A stretch of DNA of 40,888 nucleotides, taken from a virus. Lineage: Duplodnaviria > Caudoviricetes. Under the pieces are notes generated by a model. It was not told the DNA's origin. It did no database searches and was given only the letters and a program-made list of their open reading frames with translations. The position numbers were made by a program, and so were the translations under genes. Every line of letters begins with the position of its first letter. The first letter of the stretch is position 1. The stretch spans positions 1-40,888 of IMG/VR virus record IMGVR_UViG_3300033475_001489; one strand, written 5' to 3'. This document shows positions 27,949 through 36,137 of this stretch, in pieces.

Positions 27949-28281
27949 CTACAATTCTGACTTCGGAAATTTCTTGATTCGGTGCAACTGTTTCAGGTGT
28001 TCATTGATTCTATAGAGCTCTGCGCAACCAATGTCTATGTCCAAACCATTTCCTTGAACAACACCTCTAGAATTTGGCAATCGAGATGTCTCTGGCTCTG
28101 CTTCAAGTTGGGCAATGGCTCTGTTGAGACAATCTCGTACGTATTCCATGTTGCTTATGAGTTTCGTTTTCAAGTCATTGAATTGATACTCGACTTCCAT
28201 GATCTCGAGATCGAGTCTTGTTAGATTACTGGATTCAGCTTCAAGACTCTGATTTTTGATTGTCTCTCGGTTTTCTGGCAT
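27949..28281 (-). CDS. Coiled-coil hypothetical protein, paralog family B
   Basis: RLPNSRGVVQGN; alternative start 28302. Confidence 0.75.
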   Translation of the reverse strand: MPENRETIKNQSLEAESSNLTRLDLEIMEVEYQFNDLKTKLISNMEYVRDCLNRAIAQLEAEPETSRLPNSRGVVQGNGLDIDIGCAELYRINEHLKQLHRIKKFPKSEL

Positions 28282-28359
28282 CTTATTTTCTCCTTTTCCC
28301 ATTTTTTTTATTTCTCCTTAAGGTGTAGCTCACTATATTTCAAGTGAGCCATAGAAATT

Positions 28360-28719
28360 TTAGTATTGACTCCACTGATTTCGCGGTGCAAGGTGCTGAC
28401 CAAAAAGATTATAGAGACGTCCGCACTCGCATTCGTTTGTGAATGAATACAACTCAACTTCTCGACCGCAATCACAGAGACCAATTGCATTTTCATCAAC
28501 CTTATGATAATACTCTCTTACGCCTCTGTTCACGACATTGACTTCTCCTTTAAGGCACTTACGGAGAGACTCCAAGGCAGTTGACTCAAGATGGTAAACA
28601 TTTCCATGTTCATCGCTTTCGAACATGTATCCGCCATTTTCGTCATCTACAAATGCGAAATACAAGGCGTATGTAGTAACCCACTCGTGCTTTGCTTTGC
28701 TGATGATTTTCATTTCCAT
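28360..28719 (-). CDS. Zn-ribbon hypothetical protein
   Basis: CDCG...NECECG..YN..GQ.LAP. Confidence 0.75.
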   Translation of the reverse strand: MEMKIISKAKHEWVTTYALYFAFVDDENGGYMFESDEHGNVYHLESTALESLRKCLKGEVNVVNRGVREYYHKVDENAIGLCDCGREVELYSFTNECECGRLYNLFGQHLAPRNQWSQY

Positions 28720-28762
28720 TTTTCCTTTGTGATTTACGTTTGCTATTCAACTTCTAAAATAT

Positions 28763-28791
28763 ATTATACACTGAAATCGATGAAATGTACA
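28763..28791 (-). promoter_or_regulatory. TGTACA-N17-TATAAT promoter
   Basis: Family match. Confidence 0.85.
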
Positions 28792-28836
28792 TAGTTTTCA
28801 TATGAACTCCATCGATTTCATGCAAATTCGCTGACT

Positions 28837-29286
28837 CTACAAGAAATTAGTAAAGTAATACTCATTCACGAATCTGAATTCGTTGCTGATGCTATTATAT
28901 GATACTGGCTCGCCGTACGACTCAAGAAGTTGCTTCAGAGAGTCTATCTGTTCATGATACTTTGCTCTAAATTCAGTGCTTCTCGCTCGGTCGAGTTTCT
29001 TGTTGACATCATTTAATGCTTTAAGCTTGTCATAACAATATGCAGGAATCACGATACCGTAAAGATCTGTATAATCAACATAATACTCTACATATTTGCC
29101 AACATCTCGTTTGTGCAGAGGAATTCCCATCACTGCAAAATTAATAAGATAGTTTCCGATTTGTTCATGGCGAAACTGAATGTCTTCCTTACTGTCTTTT
29201 GCTTCTTCGACCATTTCATTCATGTATCCATTCAGAATCGTGATCATTGTTTCTATTGATGCTGCTGTTGTCTTTTTACCGTTCAT
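28837..29286 (-). CDS. Hypothetical protein, paralog family A
   Basis: FRHEQIGNYLINFAVMGIPLHK...NEYYF. Confidence 0.8.
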   Translation of the reverse strand: MNGKKTTAASIETMITILNGYMNEMVEEAKDSKEDIQFRHEQIGNYLINFAVMGIPLHKRDVGKYVEYYVDYTDLYGIVIPAYCYDKLKALNDVNKKLDRARSTEFRAKYHEQIDSLKQLLESYGEPVSYNSISNEFRFVNEYYFTNFL

Positions 29287-29338
29287 TTCTCATTTCTCCT
29301 TTGAGAGTCAGGGAGGTGATGAGCCTCCCATTCTCTTT

Positions 29339-29668
29339 CTACTGCTTGTTCTTTTCGTATAGTTTCTTGTTGCCTTCGTACATTCTTTCGAATGTTTGCT
29401 TGGCTCTCTCGTTTGCTTCGATTTTTTCAAGCGCGAAGTTTACTGCAGCACTGAGACTCTTATATTTAACAGGCACATAATCGTATTGACGCTGGCCGCG
29501 AGAAACTGCGTACTTTCTCCATTGGCCTCTTTTGTAAAAGCCTTTCCAATAGGCACCTGTAAACTCTGTTGGCTCATATTCGCCATTATTTAGCTCGATG
29601 CGGATTCCTTTGTAGCCTTCTTTTGTCTGCAACTGTTTTTTGATCGCTTCTTTTTCTGCTTTTTCCAT
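29339..29668 (-). CDS. Distant member of the RFML family lacking the tail
   Basis: LQTKEGYKGIRI...YEP.EF...W..F...Y.S..AA.NF. Confidence 0.75.
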   Translation of the reverse strand: MEKAEKEAIKKQLQTKEGYKGIRIELNNGEYEPTEFTGAYWKGFYKRGQWRKYAVSRGQRQYDYVPVKYKSLSAAVNFALEKIEANERAKQTFERMYEGNKKLYEKNKQ

Positions 29669-29714
29669 TTCTTTTTCTCCTTAAATTCGCTGTTGTTTTC
29701 TAACTTCTAAATAT

Positions 29715-29743
29715 ATTATACAACAAAACCATTGAAAAGTACA
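29715..29743 (-). promoter_or_regulatory. TGTACT-N17-TATAAT promoter
   Basis: Family match. Confidence 0.85.
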
Positions 29744-29788
29744 TAGTTTTTATGCGAATTTCAATGGTTTTTCAAAAGTTCGTAGTGT

Positions 29789-30061
29789 CTACTTCCAAAC
29801 TGCGACGTACCGATTTTGTTTTAGATCCCAATAGATTTGTTTCATGTCAATAGTAAGAATCGCACCAAACATTGTATCTGCATGTCTGCGGTGGTATTCT
29901 TTTTCTGTCTCTGTGAATCTATCATTGAGAATCTTTGATATTTTCTCATCAGACATCCACCCAACGATTTCAAGGGTGTGTACATTGTCCAACATCGTTT
30001 TAACGTAGCGCCATTTACTAAACTGAAAAATGTTTTTTGGCAGTTCTCTTGTATCTAGCAT
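29789..30061 (-). CDS. Hypothetical protein
   Basis: ORF in operon context. Confidence 0.65.
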   Translation of the reverse strand: MLDTRELPKNIFQFSKWRYVKTMLDNVHTLEIVGWMSDEKISKILNDRFTETEKEYHRRHADTMFGAILTIDMKQIYWDLKQNRYVAVWK

Positions 30062-30073
30062 TCCCTTGTCCCT

Positions 30074-30376
30074 TTAATGCAATGAATTCTTTTCTATTTG
30101 CTGACGAATCCTATTTCGATACTCTTCACCATCTTTCCAACCAATTTCTTCTTCAGTCGTAAGAGTTTTTCGGTACTCTTCTAAATCCATTGTCTGATAT
30201 TTTCTTAAGAATTTTTCTCGAAGTGTCCAAGGATATCCAAGATAGTCTTCGATAATAAAGAAAACATATTCTGGATCAGACTCTGCGATAAACCATGATT
30301 TTATCAAACCGAGAGATCCTTCTCCTCTTGATACTGTTGTTCCTAACTTTATTTTTGCCCATTCTTCTCTTGTCAT
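30074..30376 (-). CDS. Hypothetical protein
   Basis: AAGGAG RBS before MTREEW; the ORF-track 5' extension overlaps the tRNA-like RNA. Confidence 0.7.
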   Translation of the reverse strand: MTREEWAKIKLGTTVSRGEGSLGLIKSWFIAESDPEYVFFIIEDYLGYPWTLREKFLRKYQTMDLEEYRKTLTTEEEIGWKDGEEYRNRIRQQIEKNSLH

Positions 30377-30421
30377 TTCCATTTCTCCTTTCGACGTATC
30401 GCAACAACGGCCAAAAATAGG

Positions 30422-30534
30422 CTGGACTCCGAGGATTCGAACCACGGTTACTCCTGTCCAGGTGGATCTGGAGATCAATTTCACGCATCCACTCGTTGCC
30501 ATCGATCAGCAGGAGATACTTGCCAAAGAGTCCC
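30422..30534 (-). tRNA. tRNA-like RNA (Gln-CUG-like) with a 46-nt anticodon-loop insertion and reduced D arm; may be a pseudo-tRNA or ncRNA
   Basis: Acceptor GGACTC/GAGTCC, T arm CGTGG-TTCGAAT-CCTCG, anticodon stem TCCTG/CAGGA, 5-nt variable loop, discriminator G. Confidence 0.6.
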
Positions 30535-30578
30535 ATAGAATGCAAGTTTTTAAGAGGAACTTGCAAACCTCATAATCA

Positions 30579-30992
30579 CTAATCGATGTATTCATGTTGA
30601 TCGGTATCATAGTTGAACTTCAAGAAGCGGCCAGTGGCATCTTCTGGCATAGGTTCACCTACTTTCCAGATCTTCATGTACACTGTATCTGGGTCATCAC
30701 TCTTTATTTCTGCAAATTTTGCGCTTACATGCTGAGTAAGATCGAGAATCTTCTCTACGAATGTTTCTGCTTCCATTCCTTCTTCAGCAACAACAAGAGC
30801 ATAAGAATCGCAAATCATTTCTTCGAGCGAACCAAATGACATTTCAGAAACTGGAAGTATGTTAATTTCTTTGTCCTCGGCCACGAGTGACCAAACAAAG
30901 TATTCTTTTCCATCGTCCAGTGTCGCGAAAACCATTTTGTCAGACTTTTCCATTTCTTTGTAAGCTTTGCCAACTTCTTCCCAATCAATCAT
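30579..30992 (-). CDS. Hypothetical acidic protein
   Basis: AAGGAG RBS before ATG 30992. Confidence 0.75.
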   Translation of the reverse strand: MIDWEEVGKAYKEMEKSDKMVFATLDDGKEYFVWSLVAEDKEINILPVSEMSFGSLEEMICDSYALVVAEEGMEAETFVEKILDLTQHVSAKFAEIKSDDPDTVYMKIWKVGEPMPEDATGRFLKFNYDTDQHEYID

Positions 30993-31042
30993 TTTTCTGT
31001 TTCTCCTTTGTATTCGTATGTTTATTTTCAACTTCTAAGTAT

Positions 31043-31071
31043 ATTATACAACAAAAATGCGTAAATGTACA
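31043..31071 (-). promoter_or_regulatory. TGTACA-N17-TATAAT promoter
   Basis: Family match. Confidence 0.85.
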
Positions 31072-31116
31072 TACTTTTTGATGAAATCTACGCATTTTTG
31101 CGATTATTCGTCGAGT

Positions 31117-31563
31117 CTATTTTGTTTCGATTTTTGTAACATAATTGAAACAATTGCTGTTTCCGTTGTAAGAGACTCGGACAAATTCTATTTTTACTGG
31201 TTCATTTCTGAGAGCCTGACTAAGCACGTTTTCTATCTGAGAAGCGTCAAGATTGCCGACGAATCCAGCATTATTATTTTCAAGATAAAATGAAATACGA
31301 TCATTAACGTACTCAAATGGCTCAAACTCAGGGTCACCTACAAGATCATGACTAAAGTATAGTTTATGAAACAAATCTATTGAAACATGATTGTCTTTTG
31401 CATCAACAATTCGCATCAAAACTGTACCAATTTCCGGATTTCTTCTCCATGTGTTGTAGATTACAGGAATTGTCATGCCTTCTTCTAGAGCTTCGAATTT
31501 CTTTTTGAGCTTTTTGAGCTTTTCAGAAATCGCAATTAAGTCAGCTATGCTTAATTCTTGCAT
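31117..31563 (-). CDS. Hypothetical protein
   Basis: Cassette gene with RBS. Confidence 0.75.
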   Translation of the reverse strand: MQELSIADLIAISEKLKKLKKKFEALEEGMTIPVIYNTWRRNPEIGTVLMRIVDAKDNHVSIDLFHKLYFSHDLVGDPEFEPFEYVNDRISFYLENNNAGFVGNLDASQIENVLSQALRNEPVKIEFVRVSYNGNSNCFNYVTKIETK

Positions 31564-31612
31564 TTTTTTAGGTTCTCCTTAATGGTTGCTTATATTTCTA
31601 ATTTCTAATATA

Positions 31613-31641
31613 ATTATACATTGTTTTATTATAAAAGTACA
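31613..31641 (-). promoter_or_regulatory. TGTACT-N17-TATAAT promoter
   Basis: Family match. Confidence 0.8.
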
Positions 31642-31759
31642 TATTTTTATTCACTAATTTAATGTATTTATTTATTTTTGTAGAAACTCATTGCGAAATA
31701 TAATAAAAAAGTTGGTAAACCTGAAAGATCTACCAACTTTGTGAGTCTAGAAAATGATG

Positions 31760-31948
31760 TTAGAGGGTCGTATTGTAGTACGTTTTGCCGCGGCGGATGG
31801 TTGATGTGAGTTCGATCTTGTAACCTGCATCTTTGAGGCGCTTGTACTCAGCGAGAACCTGTTGCTCTAATACTGCACGATTTTCTGTGATGCAAGAATT
31901 GTGGCGAATAATCATCGTGTTGAAGTTCAAAATTTTGAAGTCTGGCAT
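31760..31948 (-). CDS. Hypothetical protein
   Basis: Cassette gene; terminator near 31708-31740. Confidence 0.7.
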   Translation of the reverse strand: MPDFKILNFNTMIIRHNSCITENRAVLEQQVLAEYKRLKDAGYKIELTSTIRRGKTYYNTTL

Positions 31949-32003
31949 TGTTTTTACCTTTCACTTTTTGCATTTATGTAAGCTACATTTAACTTACATT
32001 CTT

Positions 32004-32032
32004 ATTATAACACGAAATCACCTAAATGTACA
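32004..32032 (-). promoter_or_regulatory. TGTACA-N17-TATAAT promoter
   Basis: Family match. Confidence 0.85.
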
Positions 32033-32097
32033 TACTTTTTATGCGAATTCTAACGAGTTTGTAGAAATTCGTTGAAACTCGTTAGAATTATACCTTA

Positions 32098-32301
32098 CTA
32101 AATGAGTCTTGTTTTCTTTAAAGAGATCTGGCCCAAAGGAATTTGCTTCTTGTCTCTAGGCCATATTGATCGTCTTCTTTTTGTCTTAAGTCTCTTCTTA
32201 AGAACCTCTGTGCCAATGTCTGTGAACTCTTTTAATTGCCCTATTCCAAAAAGATAACCTTCTTTGAATCCGTAGAGAAAAATCATTTCTTCTTCGCTCA
32301 T
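32098..32301 (-). CDS. Hypothetical protein
   Basis: EE.I...G..EGY motif shared with the upstream gene. Confidence 0.6.
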   Translation of the reverse strand: MSEEEMIFLYGFKEGYLFGIGQLKEFTDIGTEVLKKRLKTKRRRSIWPRDKKQIPLGQISLKKTRLI

Positions 32302-32302
32302 G

Positions 32303-32524
32303 TTACTGCTCTTTTCTTTGTTTCTTTGCTTTATACTCTACTAAAGAAAAAATGTTTCCTGTCTGCTCAGAGAGTTGTTTTATTCTAACGATATCCAGGT
32401 ATCTGGTAGTAGGTGCTTCTTCGCTTGCTTCTTGAAGTCTTGGTTGTTTTTCTCCTCGTCTGTGCACCATGTAGCCATCAATGTAACCCTGTGAGTAGAT
32501 GATTTCTTCGTTGTCTGTAAACAT
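32303..32524 (-). CDS. Hypothetical protein
   Basis: GGAGG RBS; EEIIY.QGY.DGY. Confidence 0.7.
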   Translation of the reverse strand: MFTDNEEIIYSQGYIDGYMVHRRGEKQPRLQEASEEAPTTRYLDIVRIKQLSEQTGNIFSLVEYKAKKQRKEQ

Positions 32525-32536
32525 GGGATATCCTCC

Positions 32537-32824
32537 TTAAATTCCGAACATGTCATCGATTTTATTCTCTGTAGACTCTGATTCGAATAGCTTCTTGCAC
32601 TTCTCGGGGACAATGTAGTAATTTCCTTTCGGATTTGGTTGCTTTACGAGTCCTTGTTTAATGAGCTTCGATAAGAGAATACACACTAAACTGCTACTTT
32701 TGTTCACAGATTTGGCAATTTTGAACAACGGTAAACCGATAGTAGGATACAATGATAGTTCTTTGATGATTTCGATTCTCTCAGGAGATATTTTAGAGTA
32801 GAGTTCCTCTTTTTGTTCCTGCAC
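32537..32824 (-). CDS. Winged-helix DNA-binding protein (MarR/IclR-like HTH)
   Basis: IAKSVNKSSSLVCILLSKLIKQGLVKQ...G.YY; start uncertain. Confidence 0.7.
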   Translation of the reverse strand: MQEQKEELYSKISPERIEIIKELSLYPTIGLPLFKIAKSVNKSSSLVCILLSKLIKQGLVKQPNPKGNYYIVPEKCKKLFESESTENKIDDMFGI

Positions 32825-32951
32825 AACCGACCACGACGAGTTTCTGGTATCTGGAAAAACTCGTATCTATGATGATTTTATGATGCCAAATTTCTCAAAT
32901 CTTAGTGTTATATGAATCACCATATACAGGATTATTAGTGTCATAATGGCT

Positions 32952-33033
32952 CCTGGCCTATAGTGCCAGTTGGACAAAAAGCATTAAATACACTATTAAA
33001 CACTTTTTTGTCCAACTGGCACTATAGGCCAGG
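32952..33033. repeat. Perfect 29-bp inverted repeat with 24-nt spacer
   Basis: cctggcctatagtgccagttggacaaaaa (32952-32980) / tttttgtccaactggcactataggccagg (33005-33033). Confidence 0.95.
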
Positions 33034-33107
33034 TATCTCCTTGCTGGATGAAAACTTGGTCTCTAAATTCTAGTGAATCGTAAAAGTTGATGTTTTGGGA
33101 CTATGTC

Positions 33108-33374
33108 TTAAACTCGCTTAGAAGTCTTCGCATAGAGTCTTGACCTAATCATAGCATCAATAGAACGACAAAACTGGGCTTGCCAAAACTTTAGAATCTT
33201 CTCATCTTCTGTCAATTCAATAACGGTTGTATCCTCTGTTTCTTCAGTTTTTGGCTCCATAATTTTTGTTTCAGGCCACGATTTTGCAACGTTTCTATTC
33301 ATAAAGTTCCAGTGAGTGTTTCTGACATCATTCATAGTGTTTAATGTCTCATTTAATACGTTAAAATTTTTCAT
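33108..33374 (-). CDS. Hypothetical protein
   Basis: AGGAGG RBS. Confidence 0.7.
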   Translation of the reverse strand: MKNFNVLNETLNTMNDVRNTHWNFMNRNVAKSWPETKIMEPKTEETEDTTVIELTEDEKILKFWQAQFCRSIDAMIRSRLYAKTSKRV

Positions 33375-33399
33375 AGTGTCCTCCTGGATATATTATAAC

Positions 33400-33430
33400 A
33401 AAAAAAAGGAGAGGATATTTCACCTCTCCA
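33400..33430 (-). terminator. Intrinsic terminator, repeated family
   Basis: ggagagg-tgaaatat-cctctcc-ttttttt on minus strand; copies near 34222 and 35488. Confidence 0.8.
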
Positions 33431-33459
33431 GGATACGTGGATTTTATTTTTCCTTGTTT

Positions 33460-33969
33460 CTAATATAATTCTCTTCGTTTTTTTTTCTCAATATGTTCTA
33501 ATAAAAGAGAAAGCATAATATTTTTAAAATCTTTTTCTGATAATTCAAAATTTTTATTTTCTCCAGCAATTTCAACAGTTTCTATACTCGAAGAAAAATT
33601 TGTTGTTATAACTTGTCCAAATACCATTCCGATAATAAAACCAAGCGCAACATTATTGTCTGGAAAGCCTTCTTTTTCAAGATGTGAATCCATTAAATTT
33701 ACAATTTTCATATATGCTGGTCTGTTTTTTATCGCCTTAATGATTCTGTCTCTATCGTTTATATTTTCTTGCTGTTTGTCTTCACACAATTTTTTATAGG
33801 TTTTGATATATTCTCTCTGATATGTTATATGCCCATTTCTTGGAATATTAGATTTTCTCTCATTTTCTTCTACTGTTAACGATAGAGAAATATCGCCTAA
33901 AAATGGTCGATTTTTAAAGACTTTTTCTGCATCATGTTTCGCTGTTGCGATTACCTCTTCTTTTTTCAT
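33460..33969 (-). CDS. Hypothetical protein
   Basis: Cassette gene with RBS. Confidence 0.75.
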   Translation of the reverse strand: MKKEEVIATAKHDAEKVFKNRPFLGDISLSLTVEENERKSNIPRNGHITYQREYIKTYKKLCEDKQQENINDRDRIIKAIKNRPAYMKIVNLMDSHLEKEGFPDNNVALGFIIGMVFGQVITTNFSSSIETVEIAGENKNFELSEKDFKNIMLSLLLEHIEKKKRRELY

Positions 33970-34010
33970 TTATCTTCTCCTTTTTTTTTGGTTAAACAAT
34001 TTCTATTATA

Positions 34011-34039
34011 ATTATATAGCATTTTCATCAAAAAGTACA
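34011..34039 (-). promoter_or_regulatory. TGTACT-N17-TATAAT promoter
   Basis: Family match. Confidence 0.8.
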
Positions 34040-34119
34040 TATTTTATGCTAAAATATACTAAAATTTATTGTCTCTTGATGAAGATAACATTGCTACGGT
34101 TGATTATTTTACATTAGAG

Positions 34120-34198
34120 CTTACCAGATGACAGTAGCATTGTAGATGTATATTTATATAACTTTTTTCTTTGTGGTCCCCAATTGTGATCTGGGTGA
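34120..34198. repeat. Tripartite element E5 (79 bp)
   Basis: CTTACCAGATGAC; core ATGTATA-TT-TATATAA 34146-34161; CTGGGTGA. Confidence 0.85.
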
Positions 34199-34221
34199 TG
34201 ATAAATTGTTTTCATGACACT

Positions 34222-34250
34222 AAAAAAGAAGAGGATATTTCACCTCTCAT
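34222..34250 (-). terminator. Intrinsic terminator, repeated family
   Basis: gaggatatttcacctc core flanked by an A tract. Confidence 0.7.
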
Positions 34251-34265
34251 GGATGCGCGAACTTT

Positions 34266-34472
34266 TTACTTACTTGCTTGTGAGATCACTTCGATATGGA
34301 GCTTCCCATCCTCGTGTGTCAACTTAAGAACGAGATTATTATTCTTTGCGTATGCTTGAGCATGCAAATCGTAGATTCTAGACTCTAGAGCATCTCGGAC
34401 CTCTTGATTGTTGCTCAAATTGAAGCGGCGGATTGTGACCTCTAAGATAAAACTTAACGTTGTCATTTTCAT
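34266..34472 (-). CDS. Hypothetical protein
   Basis: Cassette gene. Confidence 0.7.
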   Translation of the reverse strand: MKMTTLSFILEVTIRRFNLSNNQEVRDALESRIYDLHAQAYAKNNNLVLKLTHEDGKLHIEVISQASK

Positions 34473-34514
34473 TTTTCCTTTGTGATTCTCATTTGTTACT
34501 CAACTTCTAAGATA

Positions 34515-34543
34515 ATTATAATATAGAATCACTAGAATGTACA
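34515..34543 (-). promoter_or_regulatory. TGTACA-N17-TATAAT promoter
   Basis: Family match. Confidence 0.85.
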
Positions 34544-34600
34544 TATTCTGGCAACGAGTTTTTTGTTTATTGTGAGAAACTCGTAAAACTCACATTTTTT

Positions 34601-34822
34601 TTAGATTAAATCATTGCTAACGAAATCGCGTGTAACTTGTAACAGTATGTAGTTACGAGTGCCGTCGTTCACTTCGATCGTTTCCAAATCACGGCTTCCA
34701 GCGAACACTTCCAGAGTTTTGTTATACGTTTCCAAACTTTTTGTGATCGTAAAATCAACAACTTGAGGATTGTTGACGACGTCGAAAAGATTTGCGTTCT
34801 GTTTGAGTGTCATGTTGCGCAT
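34601..34822 (-). CDS. Hypothetical protein
   Basis: Cassette gene, AAGGAG RBS. Confidence 0.7.
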   Translation of the reverse strand: MRNMTLKQNANLFDVVNNPQVVDFTITKSLETYNKTLEVFAGSRDLETIEVNDGTRNYILLQVTRDFVSNDLI

Positions 34823-34871
34823 TTAGATTTCTCCTTTTCCGTTTACGTAAGTTCATTTAACTTACATTCTT

Positions 34872-34900
34872 ATTATAACCTGTTTTTATGAGAATGTACA
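34872..34900 (-). promoter_or_regulatory. TGTACA-N17-TATAAT promoter
   Basis: Family match. Confidence 0.85.
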
Positions 34901-34977
34901 TAGTTTTCATACGAATTTCTATGATTTTGTAAATATTCGTTGAAACTCATAAAATAAGGAGGGGTTTCCCCCTCCTT

Positions 34978-35214
34978 CTATATAGCTTCGCCTGTCTCGT
35001 CGTCTTTAAACTCCCAATATGTTTCTGGGTGATCGTCGTCATCCTCTGGCCAATCTATCTCGACTAATGCAATTCCGGCATAATTTGCCAAACGCTTCAA
35101 TTTATTGAACTCATTGGTGTTGGCCTCGACATTTTCACCACGGTTGATTTTACGCTGCAATTCGTTGATCTCGTCGAACTTTGTGTACCAGTAGTCATAG
35201 TTGATGTTTTTCAT
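34978..35214 (-). CDS. Hypothetical protein (weakly similar to 18144..18374)
   Basis: KLKR....G..LVEI..PEDD motif shared. Confidence 0.7.
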   Translation of the reverse strand: MKNINYDYWYTKFDEINELQRKINRGENVEANTNEFNKLKRLANYAGIALVEIDWPEDDDDHPETYWEFKDDETGEAI

Positions 35215-35244
35215 TTTCGTTTCTCATTTTCAATTTCTAAATAT

Positions 35245-35273
35245 ATTATACACTGTTTTCACCTAAATGTACA
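35245..35273 (-). promoter_or_regulatory. TGTACA-N17-TATAAT promoter
   Basis: Family match. Confidence 0.85.
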
Positions 35274-35372
35274 TAGTTTTCGTACGAGTTTCTATGAATT
35301 TATACAAATTCGCCAAAATTCGTTGTAGAAAAGTGTCCAAGAGAGCACATTTTGATGAAAATATGTGTACGA

Positions 35373-35451
35373 GCACCCAGATGACCGCGGGCCCGTAGAT
35401 GTATAAATACTTAACTTATTTCTTTAAAGCTCCGGATTATGACCTGGGTGA
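35373..35451. repeat. Tripartite element E6 (79 bp)
   Basis: GCACCCAGATGAC; core ATGTATA-AA-TACTTAA 35399-35414; CTGGGTGA. Confidence 0.82.
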
Positions 35452-35487
35452 TCATAATTTTATCCAAGACTCTCCCGGGAACATGGC

Positions 35488-35518
35488 AAAAAAAAGGAGA
35501 GGATATTTCACCTCTCCA
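35488..35518 (-). terminator. Intrinsic terminator, repeated family
   Basis: Same sequence as 33400-33430. Confidence 0.8.
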
Positions 35519-35529
35519 GAATTTGAAAA

Positions 35530-35718
35530 TTAGTGAACTTTTTTCTTCATGTGGACTACGTCTTCTGTTTCCAATTCGATAATTTCAACTTTTTCAACAT
35601 GGTTCAAATCGAAGAGTCTATCGAATGTGCTGTACGCCAAAGATTCTTTCTCGTATGTGGCTGGCCAAAAATAAATTTTCTGATCCTCTTTGTTGGTTGT
35701 GCATTTGATTACGTACAT
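35530..35718 (-). CDS. Hypothetical protein
   Basis: Cassette gene, AAGGAG RBS. Confidence 0.7.
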   Translation of the reverse strand: MYVIKCTTNKEDQKIYFWPATYEKESLAYSTFDRLFDLNHVEKVEIIELETEDVVHMKKKVH

Positions 35719-35761
35719 TTGCGTTTCTCCTTTATTTTTCTCATTTCCAATTTCTAATATA

Positions 35762-35790
35762 ATTATACACTAGAATCATGCAAATGTACA
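35762..35790 (-). promoter_or_regulatory. TGTACA-N17-TATAAT promoter
   Basis: Family match. Confidence 0.85.
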
Positions 35791-35888
35791 TAGTTTTTAT
35801 ACGAATTTACACGAGTTTCTGAAAATTCGTTGTGGATTCGAGGCAAAAAAAACGCTTCCAGATTTCTCTGGAAGCTTGAGATTATTCA

Positions 35889-36137
35889 CTAAAAATTGCC
35901 TACAATATCGTCGATGAAGATTTCTTTATAAATTGGATAAGAACCTTCATCATAACCTGGATTAACTTCCTCCCAATCTCGAACTTGAATACGACCACCT
36001 CCATTAATATGACGAATCATTTGATCGAAGAAAATCATACGATTCGTTCGAACATTAATCCAAGTACCTGAATGTGTGACGCGAACCGTCATAACGTTAT
36101 CGCCTTCGAGAGAATCTTTAGAATAACCGTCTGCCAT
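35889..36137 (-). CDS. Hypothetical protein
   Basis: AAGGAG RBS before ATG 36137. Confidence 0.7.
   Translation of the reverse strand: MADGYSKDSLEGDNVMTVRVTHSGTWINVRTNRMIFFDQMIRHINGGGRIQVRDWEEVNPGYDEGSYPIYKEIFIDDIVGNF

Noticed and set aside
24331-29286. Diversity-generating retroelement behind the paralog arrays
   Set aside because: No reverse transcriptase and no TR/VR pair with adenine-specific differences seen; paralogs differ throughout their length.
30422-30534. tmRNA or group I intron-containing tRNA
   Set aside because: Far too short; no tag ORF, no G3-U70 alanine identity and no intron core.
32867-32869. Genome-wide TAG-to-Gln recoding, suggested by an in-frame TAG and a Gln-like tRNA
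   Set aside because: Long genes are intact under code 11, many genes end normally in TAG, and the tRNA-like anticodon reads CUG, not CUA.
32952-33033. Protelomerase (telRL) site
   Set aside because: telRL sites are uninterrupted palindromes; this IR has a 24-nt asymmetric spacer, and no protelomerase is in the window.
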